From positions 38,946,304 through 39,010,303 of the forward strand of contig NC_092671.1 of assembly GCF_964355755.1 (NCBI RefSeq): DNA of 64,000 bases, given 5' to 3'. Below, in pieces: positions 14,401-28,395 of the stretch; position 1 is the stretch's first letter; the number at the start of each line of letters is the position of its first letter. Origin of the DNA: Antedon mediterranea (lineage: Eukaryota > Animalia > Echinodermata). Under the pieces are notes generated by a model that saw only the letters and a list, made by a program, of their open reading frames with translations, was not told the DNA's origin and searched no databases. Made by a program: the position numbers and the translations under genes.

Positions 14401-17400
14401 CATATTTGGGCACATCACACTTTTTTTGTCAAAATATTAGACAGAGCTTTAGACTTGAAATTTCTTTTACATTGAAACGCTTTATTTATTATTTTCTTTT
14501 CACTTGAAAACACATAGATGACAAAATTTGCTTTATAAATTCACACTACAGTTTTTTCATTTCAAATATTAATTTAAACATATGTCTACAGTCCTGATTA
14601 ACCCTAAACCTCTGTCTACACTATCAAACTTTATTTGACAAAAATATGTGACGTGCCCATATATGGGCATAATGGTGTCATATCACTACCATATTTGGGT
14701 ATATTAATACCATATTTGGGCACATTCAATTTTTTTGTCAAACTCGTTTGACAGGGTAGACAGATCTTTACACACATCAACCAATCATCACTGAAATAAT
14801 ACACATTAAAATACCAACAATTGTATTATATTTAACAATATTTATTTATTCGTATAGTGTATCATTATTACAACTCTTTACTTGTTTTATATTTATATTT
14901 ATTTTACTTATATAAAATTTGTATGTTATCATAAATGTTATGTGAGCGATTGTGCCTGACATGAATTTACGCAAGGATCAAATAAATCTGAATCTTAATT
15001 ACAGGGCATAATAATGAGATGTCTAGTGGTATAGATGCTGCTGGTGTCATAGCATACAAGGGGTCAAATTCTTACCGGCTAGAAACAATGACTCTTGAGG
15101 AGCGTAAGCAGTTACTCATGTCTACGTGCGGAGTCATCTCAGAACACACAAAAAAAATGTGCACAAAGTAAGAAATATACATAATATTATACTGCTATGA
15201 CTTTATCCAAATTCCCTCACTTGCACTGATGAAGGGCTAGTGTTGCCCGAAAGCTCTGCTAACTTTTCTGGCTATTTACTTTATCGTTTTGATTTAGCTT
15301 TTCGCCTTTTTTTTTTGTATCTCCATTGAGATCCAGCCACTGATACCCACAGCATTGTCATTTTTTTCAGTAATTTGCCTTTGGATTAATATTATACTGT
15401 ATATACATATATTAATTTATATGTTTCTCTTGTCCGTCCCCATCTTGAATACTGTAGTGTTGTGTCTAATTCGTTTTCGTCTGTTCATAGTACCCGTCTT
15501 CAAAGAGTCCAAGATCGTTTTGTTCGTTTTGTGTATTCTACTTGTCACTGTCCTCCTTTGTCTGTCTCTCTTCCTTCGCTTGTCTCTCGTCGTTCTATGT
15601 TCAATCTTCAGTTTTTGTATAAATGTATGAATTCCCGTTTCAATTGTAATTTTATCTCCTTGTTTTCCTTTCATGTTCAGTAAGGGCCTTGATAAAACAT
15701 ACAAATACATACATATAAAATATATAATATGCACAACGATGAGTGGGTGGTTAACAGCAATTTTAGACAAAGATTTACCATATTTCGTAAAAAATGTATA
15801 ATTTAGAAAATTGTCTTCTTTGGCAAAATAAGATATTAAAATTCATTGAGAATACTATAAAAGTTACAAACAATATTGCAACATTTAAAAAAGAATAGAA
15901 GATCTGTAAGTGGAATTATATAAAATTAAATATTTGTTTATTTCAACAATATTTAACGATGGTGGTCCATCCATTTATAGAATTTTTATTTGTACGGTAA
16001 CATTTAGATCAAATCTTCCTTCTTTCCACACAGGTCACTAAGATGTCCCCAGCATACAGATGAACAGAGGAGGGGGGTTCGCAAACAGTTATTGACCCCC
16101 GATACTGATGCTAGAACAAGATTTGAAGGGTATGTTCACATTAGTAAATTTATTAATTTGTTTTGTATTGAAAAGTATTTATAGTTCAATGTAAAAACTG
16201 TCATTATACGTTCTAAAGATTTAATTTAATTATTATTTGGTTTGATGCATGTTGATATAAAGTTTGCAGTACATCACGTATATTTAGTTCTGAAAAGAAC
16301 TGTTGAGTTTCTCGACGTTTCGATCAATATACTTTGATTGTCTTCAGATGTGTGGTTTGGTACAGTTATTTTAAATTAGTGTTGAATAAAGGTCTTAATT
16401 ATATTTCCAGAAAGATTATTAATTACAATTGCATATTTAAACAAGAATATTTCTTACAAAAAACGCTGCTCGCTTATTGTTATTGCTAAGGTCAAGTCTG
16501 GGGGTCACTTCATCACGCCTAGATACTTCAAGTATCCTATTACAAACAAAAACTTCAATGGACTGTTTTGATAATAATTCAATGATTATCTGACAGCGAA
16601 TTATATCATGGGACTCATAAATACCAGAATGCTTTGGGATTTGTCGTTAGACTCTTTTCTCAGCCGTTTTTGGATTCAACAGGTGGTACCAATAAATTAT
16701 AGTGGAGTTTCCATTTTAACAAAAATGTCAAAGTGTAGTACTATAAAGCTGCTTGATTTCATCTAATGAATGAGTCATCTCGTGTGACGTAGCGGGCTAG
16801 AGCAGCAGCGTGAAAATGCAAAATTAAAAAACTAGAATTTTAACATTTTTCTAATTTATTGTACATGTATGAATTTTAACTTTTTTTAAATCTGTTTGAG
16901 ATTTAAAACTGTTTATAATCTTCTTTATTCATCTTTATGTTTGAATGTTGTTTGTATATTTTTGTATTGTTTTTAAGAGGGGCTCTTCACGTCAGCTGTT
17001 AGAGCTACCTTTGTAGACAAAGTTGAATAAATGAATATTATTACGTTGTAGTCTTTATCTTGCTTGCTTACCAATGTCTTTGGTTCAAATCCTGCCTTTG
17101 TCACGCTAGGATTTTCTCATAACAAAAATTCTGGCACAACACTTTATTATCAAGTAACTGCTATTTAATGATCTGTATTGAAGTTAAAAGCTATTAAAAA
17201 TTGTTTTGCAGAGGAACAGGAGAAGGGGATGAAATACAAGTTGACATAGATAGTTATGAAGATGGTGACGGACAAGCACTACGGGATACGTTGAGTAGAT
17301 TACAGTATGAGGCTGCCCCCACTGGCTCCACAAACCCTTCTCCCGCGGACTCAACTTCTACAATACGTAAGTCTGATGATTTCAAAATAGTGGATTATAG

Positions 17401-17937
17401 TATTTACTGTTACTGTTCTTGTAGCCGTCGTCTTCTGACAACAAATGGCCATCATTGATGGATACTTAGTATCAGTTGACTTCACTGCTGGTGAACTCGA
17501 GATTCACATTTATACCGTGCTATACACTTTATTTCATTTTAATTATTGAGAATAAGAGCTACGTTACTTATCAAAATATTTAAATTGTACTGGTGAACTG
17601 GGGACCCTGACAGGTACTTTCCCCTCAGGTCAGGGGATCCCGGAGCTCATCAGGGGCAGGGATGCTCAAATCCCTGAATGGTGCATCCACAGCCTAATGC
17701 TATGAGTGCTTACTGATTATCCATATATTAATCAGTGTAATATTTATATTCTGTTGACAGTGAATTTGTTGCAGCTTGTAGTTTTGTTTTAATAATTTCT
17801 CCACAGATTCAAATGACGGTGGTGGTTCAAAGAAACGTAAAAAGTCATCGAAATTAACCCAACGAAAAAAAACTAAATCCAAAACACCTCTTCATATACA
17901 AATTCCATCGCAGCAAGGGTATGATGCATTAGACTGA
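11438..17937 (+). CDS. ATXN7L3: Ataxin-7-like protein 3 / SGF11 (SAGA deubiquitination module), about 353 aa, 10 coding exons
   Basis: Exons 11438-11500, 12110-12225, 12498-12514 (17-nt micro-exon), 12848-13016, 13620-13693, 14219-14296, 15005-15167, 16034-16129, 17212-17366 and 17807-17937 join in frame. Motifs: [14 protein letters not shown], Sgf11 zinc finger [34 protein letters not shown], and SCA7 domain [27 protein letters not shown]. Confidence 0.95.
15218..15390 (+). mobile_element. Penelope-like terminal-repeat fragment with a minimal hammerhead motif (family P1)
   Basis: Near-identical copy at 55613-55782; reverse partial copies at about 49420-49550 and 33123-33190. Contains CTGATGA-AGGGC..GCCC-GAAAGCTC. 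Confidence 0.7.
15418..15683 (+). mobile_element. CR1-like LINE ORF2 fragment
   Basis: Frame reads [40 protein letters not shown]. Confidence 0.8.
16250..16355 (-). mobile_element. Penelope-like terminal-repeat fragment with a hammerhead motif (family P2); second copy at 48370-48458
   Basis: Shared GTTGATATAAAGTTTGC.GTACA.CACGTATA flank and a minus-strand CTGAAGA..TCAA/TTGA..CGAAACGTC motif. Confidence 0.65.
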
Positions 17938-18117
17938 GGGAACACGACCATTGAATGAGGTGGTGGTTCGGTAATGCTTATACTTGCCTCAAAAAGAAAG
18001 ACTAATATTGGTAATGGCATGACGTACTATATGAACAAGTTGTACAAAAACTAAACATTGTACTTCTTGTAAATGTTGCAGGACTTTTTGTATTTCGTGG
18101 CCATATATCTATTAGCA

Positions 18118-19106
18118 GCAGGTTATATTTAACATGGCAGTGCATTATATACCTTAAACTCAACAGATAAACAGTTTGAGGCAGGTTATATTTTACATGG
18201 CAGTGCATTATATACCTTAAACTCAACAGATAAACAGTTTGCGGCAGGTTATATTTTACATGGCAGTGCATTATATACCTTAAACTCAACAGATAAACAG
18301 TTTGCGGCAGGTTATATTTTACATGGCAGTGCATTATATACCTTAAACTCAACAGATAAACAGTTTGCGGCAGGTTATATTTTACATGGCAGTGCATTAT
18401 ATACCTTAAACTCAACAGATAAACAGTTTGAGGCAGGTTATATTTTACATGGCAGTGCATTATATACCTTAAACTCAACAGATAAACAGTTTGAGGCAAG
18501 TTATATTTTACATGGCAGTGAATTATATACCTTAAACTCAACAGATAAACAGTTTGCGGCAGGTTATATTTTACATGGCAGTGCATTATATACCTTAAAC
18601 TCAACAGATAAACAGTTTGAGGCAAGTTATATTTTACATGGCAGTGAATTATATACCTTAAACTCAACAGATAAACAGTTTGCGGCAGGTTATATTTTAC
18701 ATGGCAGTGCATTATATACCTTAAACTCAACAGATAAACAGTTTGAGGCAGGCTATATTTTACATGGCAGTGCATTATATACCTTAAACTCAACAGATAA
18801 ACAGTTTGAGGCAGGTTATATTTTACATGGCAGTGCATTATATACCTTAAACTCAACAGATAAACAGTTTGAGGCAGGTTATATTTTACATGGCAGTGCA
18901 TTATATACCTTAAACTCAACAGATAAACAGTTTGAGGCAGGTTATATTTTACATGGCAGTGAATTATATACCTTAAACTCAACAGATAAACAGTTTGCGG
19001 CAGGTTATATTTTACATGGCAGTGAATTATATACCTTAAACTCAACAGATAAACAGTTTGAGGCAGGTTATATTTTACATGGCAGTGAATTATATACCTT
19101 AAACTC
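18118..19106. repeat. 63-bp minisatellite, about 15.7 near-identical copies, just downstream of the ATXN7L3 stop codon
   Basis: Unit GCAGGTTATATTTTACATGGCAGTGCATTATATACCTTAAACTCAACAGATAAACAGTTTGAG repeats head-to-tail with a few variable positions. Confidence 0.97.
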
Positions 19107-20235
19107 GAAAGAAAGCAGTTTTTTAAACACTCTACATCAAGACAACTATTTCAATCGATTTCATAGTCACATTATGATTGTTTGATGATGTAATTTAAAT
19201 GTGAACAATGTAATGAATTCTATGTTGGAATGTTAACCAATGAATTAAAACATTTCAAGCAAATATATTTATGATATCATGTGTTGTGTATATGTTGGAT
19301 TTTAGTATCAATTATGTGATTTGAAGAGGTAAAAAAAGAACACAATTCAAAGTGTGTATGTTTTTACAATTTTTTTATTTCTACAATGTTTTACGAGGGT
19401 TGTACATCCAGGGAGGTATACAAATAATTGTTTTTATACCTCCCTGGTCCATCCAGCCGAAGCTGATCATTAGGGACCCTCACAAATATACAATATGACA
19501 TAAACATGTAACAATTGAAATTAAATTAAAATAAATATAATCTAAATAAACAATATAAAATAATGGTCAAAAATTTTTTATTTATTTATTTTTTTCAATT
19601 TTGAAATATACTTTTTCATTTTGTTCACTTCATGAGCATTTGAAGATTTGTTAATAATATAAAGAAGAAATACATATTGGCTATATGTAAAAGAAAGTAG
19701 ATGGTGGAACACTGCCCTAAAAAAAGAGGTCATAATAGTCATCTACCGGATAACATAAACTTAAAATAAAATGAAATAATTTCCTTTAACCTTTATTACA
19801 TGCATGTACGATGATTAAAAATCGAAACTTTGCTCTAAGAAAAACAAAGTATGTTATTGAACCAGGGAGTAGCATTATTATCAACTCCCTGATTGAACAT
19901 TTTAAAAGGGCAAATTGGTATTTCAAAGTGCATTACTTGTGTACCATGACTAAGCAACAACAAAAGAGTTATTGTTTTAAAAAGGAAATAAATTTCTGGC
20001 AACAATTTACTTTTACATAAAATGAAAAACATTATGAACACTTCCCTGGGAAGACGTCATAAGTACCCAACTACCGGATATAAGAAGATTACCTTGTTCA
20101 TGCCCTGGATGGTATCTGTGTTTTCCAAAAAGTTAAAATTAAAGACTACTTATATAATAGTAGGCTTTATAGCTCTCACGTAATGAAATGTGATCTTGTT
20201 TCGGACACAACCCAGATCAGTAAAGAAGAATAAAG

Positions 20236-22939
20236 ATGTCTGTTTCGACAACCTCATCGCAAGATTCACAGAATGCAACGAATGCAGTACCACTACCAGC
20301 TGCACAACAAGAGACATGTGCCGAATGTATAGGCCTAGACGATGTTGTATCTAAAGAACGTCGACTATTTAGCAGCTCCGATCATAAACCGATTAGTTGT
20401 GTGGAACATCAAGAAAATATGATATCTAAAAGGTGTGAGAAAATGTACACTAAGTGGAAACGAAGCAGTCGACCCCTTGTATCTTCGAACGACCCGCTTT
20501 CAGAAATAAGTACAGATGGTAAGTTTACCATTGGACTCATTGGTAAAGAAGGTGGTCATCTTGAGATAAGAAATGGAGACATTCAGCTTTATATTCCGCC
20601 AGGATCATTGTCAGACGTTGACGAAGAATATGTATTTATGTATGCAGACTCAGTCCATCATAACTTGGTTAAATATGATGTTATCATTTGCGGCCCTCCT
20701 GGTCTGCAATTTAATAACTCAGTTTTGTTAAGATTCCCAAACCCAAAATCACAAGATGATGAAAGAAGCTTAGTGAAACTCAGTGTTCAGGAACTTGGCA
20801 AACCTTTGGAGTGGAGGTCGCTTGACACGACAACCGATGGTTATTTCTTTTTGGAAGATGGCAAAATAATGCTGCATATGAACCACTTTACCGGAATCAA
20901 AGTTAATGCTGTAGTACCCGCAATTCAGCAGACAGTGGAAGAAAAATGCAAAGCCGTCTACGTTACCGCGTTTTTAGAACAGCAAGACCAACACTACTTT
21001 TTGTTTCGAGTATTCTGCAGTACATATTGTGCTTTAAAGGTAAATAATACTTTATGCTATCTACAGGCCATCCAACTTCTGCATCCATAAAATAGTCCTC
21101 ATTTAGGCTAAAGTAATGTTTGAGGAAACAGACAACTCAATCTTTGCTCTATTTTCAAAATTTAAAGTTTAAATTTAATTAACAAATGTATAAATCTTAT
21201 AAAATTATTTCAGCTTGTGAATACAGAAGAATCCGAACGTGGATCTCGAAAAATGGGAAACCCAGTTAAAATGGGGTTGTTTCAACCACAAGACGAGGTC
21301 ACTTTACAAATGTTTGGTTGTGTGGGCTGCCTAGCGGAACCAACTCACTATGTAATTACACATTTTTGTTATATAACTATTAGATAGTCCTACTTTTCCT
21401 AAGTTTATGGAGATCGTGGTAGATTTGTGACTTTTTGTCCCTAAGTACCGCGTATATCAGTAGATAGATAGTCTATGGGTGATAGACCTACACATTTCAT
21501 TTATTTGTTTTTTCTGTACATTGAAAACTATAAAGACAACTGCAAAGATAACCAAACATTTTTATAATCATTTATGTTCTTTTTTAAGAGCATCTGTGTC
21601 GATGACGTCTTGTCTGATTTGGGATATATCCATCGCCAATTTGTGTTGGAAAGTTTAAGTACTACAGCTTGCCTTAAGTTCCAAGTTGATGTTGGTAGCA
21701 AGACTATTCATATTGAACGAGTTAAACTAGCTTTCACTAAGGCACATAACACACCCAGTAAAACGTTTTATAAGGTACGTTATGTATTTAATTACACTAT
21801 AAATATGCTTACTCGCCATATCTTAAATGTAAGACCTATTTTTATTTTATTGGTTTCGGAGATTTATTTCGATGATATTTCGATACGGTACATGCCTAAA
21901 TAATTATTATCGTTTTATATTTATTATATTCTTGTTTCGCTTTTAATTATCATAAAATTATACCAGTTATTATTCAATTTTTTTCTTCCTTTTTAAAAAT
22001 TTCATACGCATCCAACAGCGAGTAAATCGGCAATTAGGCCCTACAGGACGGATAAACTCATTTATCGTGCTTATAAACTTAGTCTCGTTTGAGTCTTATG
22101 GAGTTGAGTTTAAAGTGTCCGTTACAACCCTGGCACTAGGTCCGGACTGAATCCTGGGCCTTGGGATTGGAAGGCAAGCAAACTACCAAGCTAGCAGCTC
22201 AAATATTTAGGATATTGAATGAGCCTGGTGTGTGACTTGTAGCAATGGCACAGAGTAGGCCCTTATTATTATTCTTACCATTCAATAGTCGAGTGACTCA
22301 TGGTGTTATAAATTAGTTTATACCTCCACGAGTGGCCTACCACAACAACATACAACAATATACCTCCATGATACAAGCAAGTAAATGTTGTTGACTCTGA
22401 TACAAATAGCAATTAAACATTATATTTTAGTATTCGTACGTGTATTATGTTTACAATAGATTGAAGTACCTGATCACCGTATTTACCAGGAACCCGAATT
22501 TACATGTTCACCGCTGAAAACACACATTCTATCACCTGAAATGCGTAGGGAACTGTCAATGGAACTTGATGTTTTAACAATAGTTCAGAGAAAAGGAGAG
22601 CCTAAACCGAGGCCTTGTGACTATCGAGGCTTGGCAGAATTAATGGGAATGTCCGCAAGATATATAAATTGGCTTGAAGCTCCTAAAAATTGTCGAACAA
22701 GTAGTAGTCCGACAATTCTGCTGCTAAACACGTGGGAAATCGAGTGTAGCAAGAGGCAATTATTGGTACCGAATGCTTTAAAAGAGCTGGAAATACTGCT
22801 AATTAAACTTGGGAAAAACGCCTGTATTGAAATTGCCCAAAGGGGCAAAATTGCAAGAATGAGACAGTTCAAACATCGCCCTAGGGTCTATTCTGCACCA
22901 CCCAGTATGTGCGTGAACCCTTACAAAGATGTTCTTTAA
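20236..22939 (+). CDS. ZU5-UPA-death domain protein (UNC5CL/PIDD-like), copy 1, about 535 aa
   Basis: Exons 20236-21039, 21214-21351, 21589-21774 and 22460-22939, all phase 0. ZU5: GLIGKEGGHL..IQLYIPPG..VIICGPPGLQF..LHMNHFT. Death domain: RRELSMELD..DYRGLAELMGM..SPTILLLNTWE. The UPA assignment is positional (beta-rich region between ZU5 and the death domain). Confidence 0.85.
22138..22200 (-). mobile_element. Degenerate tRNA-derived SINE head; relatives at about 52696-52745 and 62697-62750
   Basis: The minus strand shows A/B-box-like segments around CCTTCCAATCCCAAGG. It is too degenerate to be a true tRNA. Confidence 0.5.
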
Positions 22940-24683
22940 AATTCTGTGACAATCCGAATGTCTAACCTCTGTAAGATTTCCTGTAGAGTTTTGTTTTGTA
23001 GATTCTCTATAGGCCTCTAGCAAATATAAAATTGTAGGCCATACAATCATTTTAGATTAGTACTATATTATCTATGAAATTCATAGAAATTGCCATACTT
23101 TAAAAAAAAATTCTTTAAACATTAAGCACTAACTGTTCCTTATATGCTAGGATACATTGATGTTTTGTATAAGTATAGGCATATCTCAATTGTGTTCAAA
23201 TACTTATCCTACTGTGAATTAATATTAATAATTGCTGATTTGTTTACAGATACAGATACAGATAACTTTTATTGTCCAAATAAACTGGAAATTGCATTTG
23301 CTCACTTATCACATTTTTTTTGATAAGTCAAAAAGATATCAACCGATTACTATGTCGAATATCTATGGTTGCATAGGTATTAATTAGACCTAATAATTGG
23401 GGAGTTTGTTGATTAGTAGGTTGTTATAATAATAAAATAGTTTGAACCACCAGGAACATTGGAATATAGGCCTACTTTGAATGTAGGCTAAATGTAATTT
23501 TGATTGAATCAACCGTTTTATAAAACATTTTCAATTCGACTTAACACGTAAAATATAAATTTAAAAAAAGAATGTACAGTGAATGTAAATATTGTACAAT
23601 ACTGTAGAGCTAGGATAGACCGATAATTAGTATCTTTAACTGGCGCACGTTTTGTAGCATAAAAAGACAATAAACATAATACGATATTTGACATTAAGTT
23701 TACGAAGATGTTTTACTTTCCCACTAATGTGCTTTACTCATTCGTAATATTACATAATTTGTGATCGTGTGATTTTATCTGCGACCGAACTAATAACTAA
23801 CTGAAGCGTGAACATGTTTTTGTGCTTTCAACCAAGGCAATCTAACCACAACAGGACAATGGAAGAACTCGTAACATTCCTTATTAGATATTTTTATGAT
23901 ATTCAGCATCCTGTTGTTAAATTGCTTGGAGTTGGAGTTATAAATAGTTAAATGCTACTAATAATCTTTAGTTAGTATTGTTTGTATAACAAATGGTGTT
24001 ATAGTAGGCATACGTTATTAAACTTTGCTCTCAGCGTCCAATCTTTCCCCCTTTCGATTGTTGCATTGATGTCTGTTGTAGTATTCTGCAGTACAAAAGG
24101 AAAGATCAGTAAACAGGAGAGAAAGGAGGTAAAGTGTGGGGGGGGGGGGGGCCGCTTTGGAATCAGAATAGCAATGAATAGGAAGATATATTGATATAGT
24201 GTCCTTTGAGTACGAGTAGTGGTGAACACCACAAAAGAGAAAAAAAAAACAGGAGAAACTCGATGAGAGTAAAGTTTAATAACATGGGCCTACTGTAACA
24301 CCATTGTTATACCATAGAGGCAATAAGTGTTATTTCCTCCATGCTCATACTAATGGTTGAGTGAATCATAAGTAAACATTGATACAAATAATGCTATCTA
24401 TAGTAGCATTAAACTATACAATTATTTATAGCACAATATTGTACTTTCCAAAAAGTAAAAAATCAACTAAAAATAATAAGTGGTCATTGCTGTTCAAATA
24501 AAGTAATACTTGTTCTTTTCACCTCGGTGGCTCTATTATGTTTGTCTTCATTGTTGTTAGTTCACAGAATTATTGTTGTTTTGGAAAGGAAACAGCATCA
24601 TATTCTGTGTTTTCTCAGTGAAGTTAAAATTAAGTTTCAATATAACGACATTTACAGGGATTTAAACTCAGATCATAAGCAAT

Positions 24684-27600
24684 ATGTTTGTTTCGACAAC
24701 CGCGTCGCAAGTTTCCAAAAATACATTGAATGAAGAAGTAGCTGCACAACAGAAAACATGTACAGAAGAACGACTATTTAGTAGATATTGTGATGAAAAA
24801 CGACTCAAGTATGAGGGTATAAAGTATCAAGAGAATATGATAGCTAAAAATTGTGAGAAAATCTACACAAAATGGAAACGCATGTCTTCAAGCGGTAAAT
24901 CGTTTTCAGATTTAAGTAGAGATGGAAAGTTTACAATTGGATACATTGGTAAAGAAGGTGGTCATCTGAAGCTAAGAAATGGAGACATTCAGCTTTATAT
25001 TCCGCCAGGAGCAATGGCAGACGTCGCCGAAGGTTATGTATTTATGTATGCAGACTCAGTCCATTATAACTTGGTTAAATATGATGTTATCATTTGCGGC
25101 CCTCCTGGTCTGCAATTTAATAACTCAGTTTTACTAAGATTTCCAAACCCAAAATCACAAGATGATGCGTTGCCTGAAAGACCCTCAGTGAAACTCAGTG
25201 TCCAGGAACTTGGCAAACCTTTGGAATGGCGGTCTCTTGACACGACAACCGATGGTTCCTTCTTTTTGGAAGATGGTAACATATTGTTGCATTTGAACCA
25301 TTTCACTGGAATCAAAGTTGACGTAGGAGTACAAGCTGAGCAAATCCCAACAACGGCCCCAGATCAAGGAAACCTTATCTTCCTTTCTACTTTTTTGGAA
25401 CATGAAGATGGACGCTACTTTTCATTTAGAGTACACTGTAGTACCTATTCTGCTTTGGAGGTAAATATGGCGTAACAGCAAAACGATAATAACTATACAA
25501 AACAGTATTATAGCATATAATATAACAATTGCATAAACAGTAACTTTCTATTAATCTACAATGTTGTTATTTTCAGGATGTGAACAAAGATGAATTAGGT
25601 TCAAAACAAATTGGGAAGCCAGTTAAAATGGGTTCTTTTCGAAAACAAGATGAAATTACCATTACAATCATGAATTGTGTAGACTGTAAAGTGGAACCAT
25701 CTGACTATGTAATTATACATTTGTATACTTATTAAAAGATTATGTTTTTGGACATGAACTTCCACTTTGATTAGCATTTTATTCATTATATGGGTACATT
25801 CACAACGTTGGTTAATATTAATATAGGTCTTTCCCGCCGATCATTGTGTTTGGAATTTCATTATAATACTGCATAGGACTACTCCAAAATTGTTTGCACT
25901 AAAATCTTTCCAATATAGAATCTCTCATCTCTATATTTTTTATTTTATCCATGGTATACATTTCCTATTTATTTTAGCAACAATTAGTAGTATAACATAG
26001 TATTCAGTTGAATAAATCTGACTTAATATTTTATTTTGTGTTAAGAAACATGAGCTATGATTTTTTTTTCGTAATATAGGTTTCGTTTATAATGGTTTCT
26101 TCTCTATTTGTTATGGGTGTGGTTACGTTTTTGTCTGTTTCTTGGAACTTAAACTAAATAAAATAATTAACCGTACTCTATTAAATTTTAAGAGCATCTG
26201 TGTCAGTGAGGTCGTGTCAGATGTTGATAATCATATCCACCGTCAATTTGTGCTGGAATGTTCAAGTAACTTAGCTTTCCTGAAGTTTCAAGTTAATGTT
26301 GGTGGCAAGACTGTTCATATGGCACGAGTGAAAGTTGAACCTGATAAAGCACCAACGGCTGTTAACAAGTTGTACTTACAGGTCAGTTTGAAGTAGATTG
26401 TGTCCGTGATCTACATCGTCTTGCCAATGTTTATATACGAACCATCAACCTATTTTAACAATTACCGTATATGGCCTACATTGGACAGATTATCACCTTG
26501 TTCTCTGATAGTTTATTTGCTCTTATCGACGTATTCGCAGTTCATAATTATGCATTTATTAACTAAAAGAGAACATTTATTAAAATAATCCTTTTTCAAT
26601 TTTCAAACTTGCAAAGAACAAGTCATTACATCGGGGAAAAACGTTAGACAATGACTAAACATAAAAGAATTGTGTTTCATAAAATGATTTTTAAATTCTC
26701 AAATTTTTTAAAAATGAGTAGTAATTAATGATCATGTATAAGGAAATTAAATATTTTATAACGATGTTTGGAAACAAAAGGTTATTTAGACCAAACGTCT
26801 TTGTATTAGCTTTGTAAACTTCTTTTGTAAGTGTATTATAGAAAAATATAAGAAGATTAATGAAAAAAGGAGGTAATACGGAATACAAAGTGAATTTACA
26901 AGATTAAAAAAAAGTTAATGATGAAGTTTATCAAATTGTAATGACATTTGAAATTAACATTATTATTTTATGTTTTTGCCGAAATGAATAAAAAAAATTT
27001 AAAATAAAATAAAATAACAAAAATAAATAATAAATAATATTATTTTATGTGATTACATGTAAGATGATATTAATGTGAATAAAAGTGGTGTTTAGGCCAA
27101 ATAAGAGAGAGAAAAAAAGTAGTAATAAATATATATATATTTATATAAGAAAATAATAAATATTTGAGTTACAATTTTGATTGTATTCGTAATACCGTTG
27201 TATCCAAATCATCATACTAAAATACAAAACTGAAAGCAAATTCGGTAAGAATTAAATATTTTGATTGTTTAATATCTTTAGGATGAAGTCGAAGAATTTC
27301 ACGATGAGTATCAAGAATCAGAATTCACACCTTCACCCCTGAGTCGACCAATTCTAACAACAAAGATGCGTCGGGAACTGTCAATGCAACTTGACATGCC
27401 GAGAATAGTACAGTGGAAAGGAGAATCTAATGCCAGGTATTGTGACTATCGAGGCCTTGCAGAGTTGATGGGAATGTCAAAAGAATTCATAGACTGGATT
27501 AGAGCTCCAAAAAATTGTCTAAAAAGTAGTAGTCCGACAATTCTGTTGCTAAACAAGTGGGAAATCGAGTGTAGCAAGAGGCAATTGGTGACATCTGATG

Positions 27601-27770
27601 CTTTGAATGAACTAAAACAATATCTTATTAAACTTGGACAACATTTCTGTATTGAGATAATAGAAGGTAACATTCCAGGAAATAAGTATAACTTTCGGCC
27701 ATCGAAAAGACGCAAGGAGATTGTTGCTGATAATAATCCACCCCAACGTCGGTGGTCGGCAGTGCTGTAG
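24684..27770 (+). CDS. ZU5-UPA-death domain protein, copy 2, about 528 aa
   Basis: Exons 24684-25460, 25577-25708, 26193-26381 and 27282-27770. Same intron positions and motifs as copy 1; reading frame intact. Confidence 0.85.
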
Positions 27771-28325
27771 GTCCACTGGAATGGTGATTTGCTCAAATTT
27801 AAACATATTTAAATAGGCAGCTAAAAAACGTTTTTGCTCCAAACAGGGTATGCCATACAAGTCAAGACAGTCTAACAACATTGCCTTACAAATAAAAGTT
27901 TATCTATGAACTGAATTTGTTTAATAAAGTAGCAATTAAAACAAAATTAACTCACAGTCAAATGTAGTAATCATGTTTACTTATTAAATAAAATATTGTA
28001 TAATAAATGATTTAATACCACAATGAGTACAGTAGTATCTAGCTTTTTATTGACTAGGTAAGACAATATTAGTATAAGTTACCGTTCTTTTATTATTAGT
28101 TTTATGACAATTTTCTATTCTAACTGTGTCAATAAAACACTGCAGTATTAATCACAATTGTACGTCATTCAGATCTATACGTCTATTGGCAACATTCAGG
28201 ATTTTACATCATGTGATTTATTTTACTTCATTTATTGGATCTAAATATTCACATGGTTTTGCACACGTGAATTGATTTAATGCCACGTTCTTGAAGTGTA
28301 TTATGAAATTGTTGATTGCCATTGC

Positions 28326-28395
28326 ATGCGCCTTGAGCACTCTTGAGTGGTATGTGCGCTATAAAAATCCTGTAATATTATTGTTATTATTATTG
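28326..28395 (+). repeat. L2-type LINE/SINE 3' tail; reverse copies at about 35855-35920 and 41732-41787
   Basis: GCGCCTTGAGCACTCTTGAGTGGTATGTGCGCTATAAAAATC followed by (TTA)n. Confidence 0.65.

Noticed and set aside
18002-19045. 347-aa minus-strand ORF of 21-aa repeats; also considered as a CRISPR-like array
   Set aside because: It is a by-product of a 63-bp stop-free tandem unit. There are no unique spacers or cas genes, and the context is eukaryotic.
22541-22939. Death-domain ORFs as stand-alone MyD88 genes (also 27366, 32450, 36054)
   Set aside because: No TIR domain follows. Each is preceded by an in-frame acceptor and is the last exon of a ZU5 gene.
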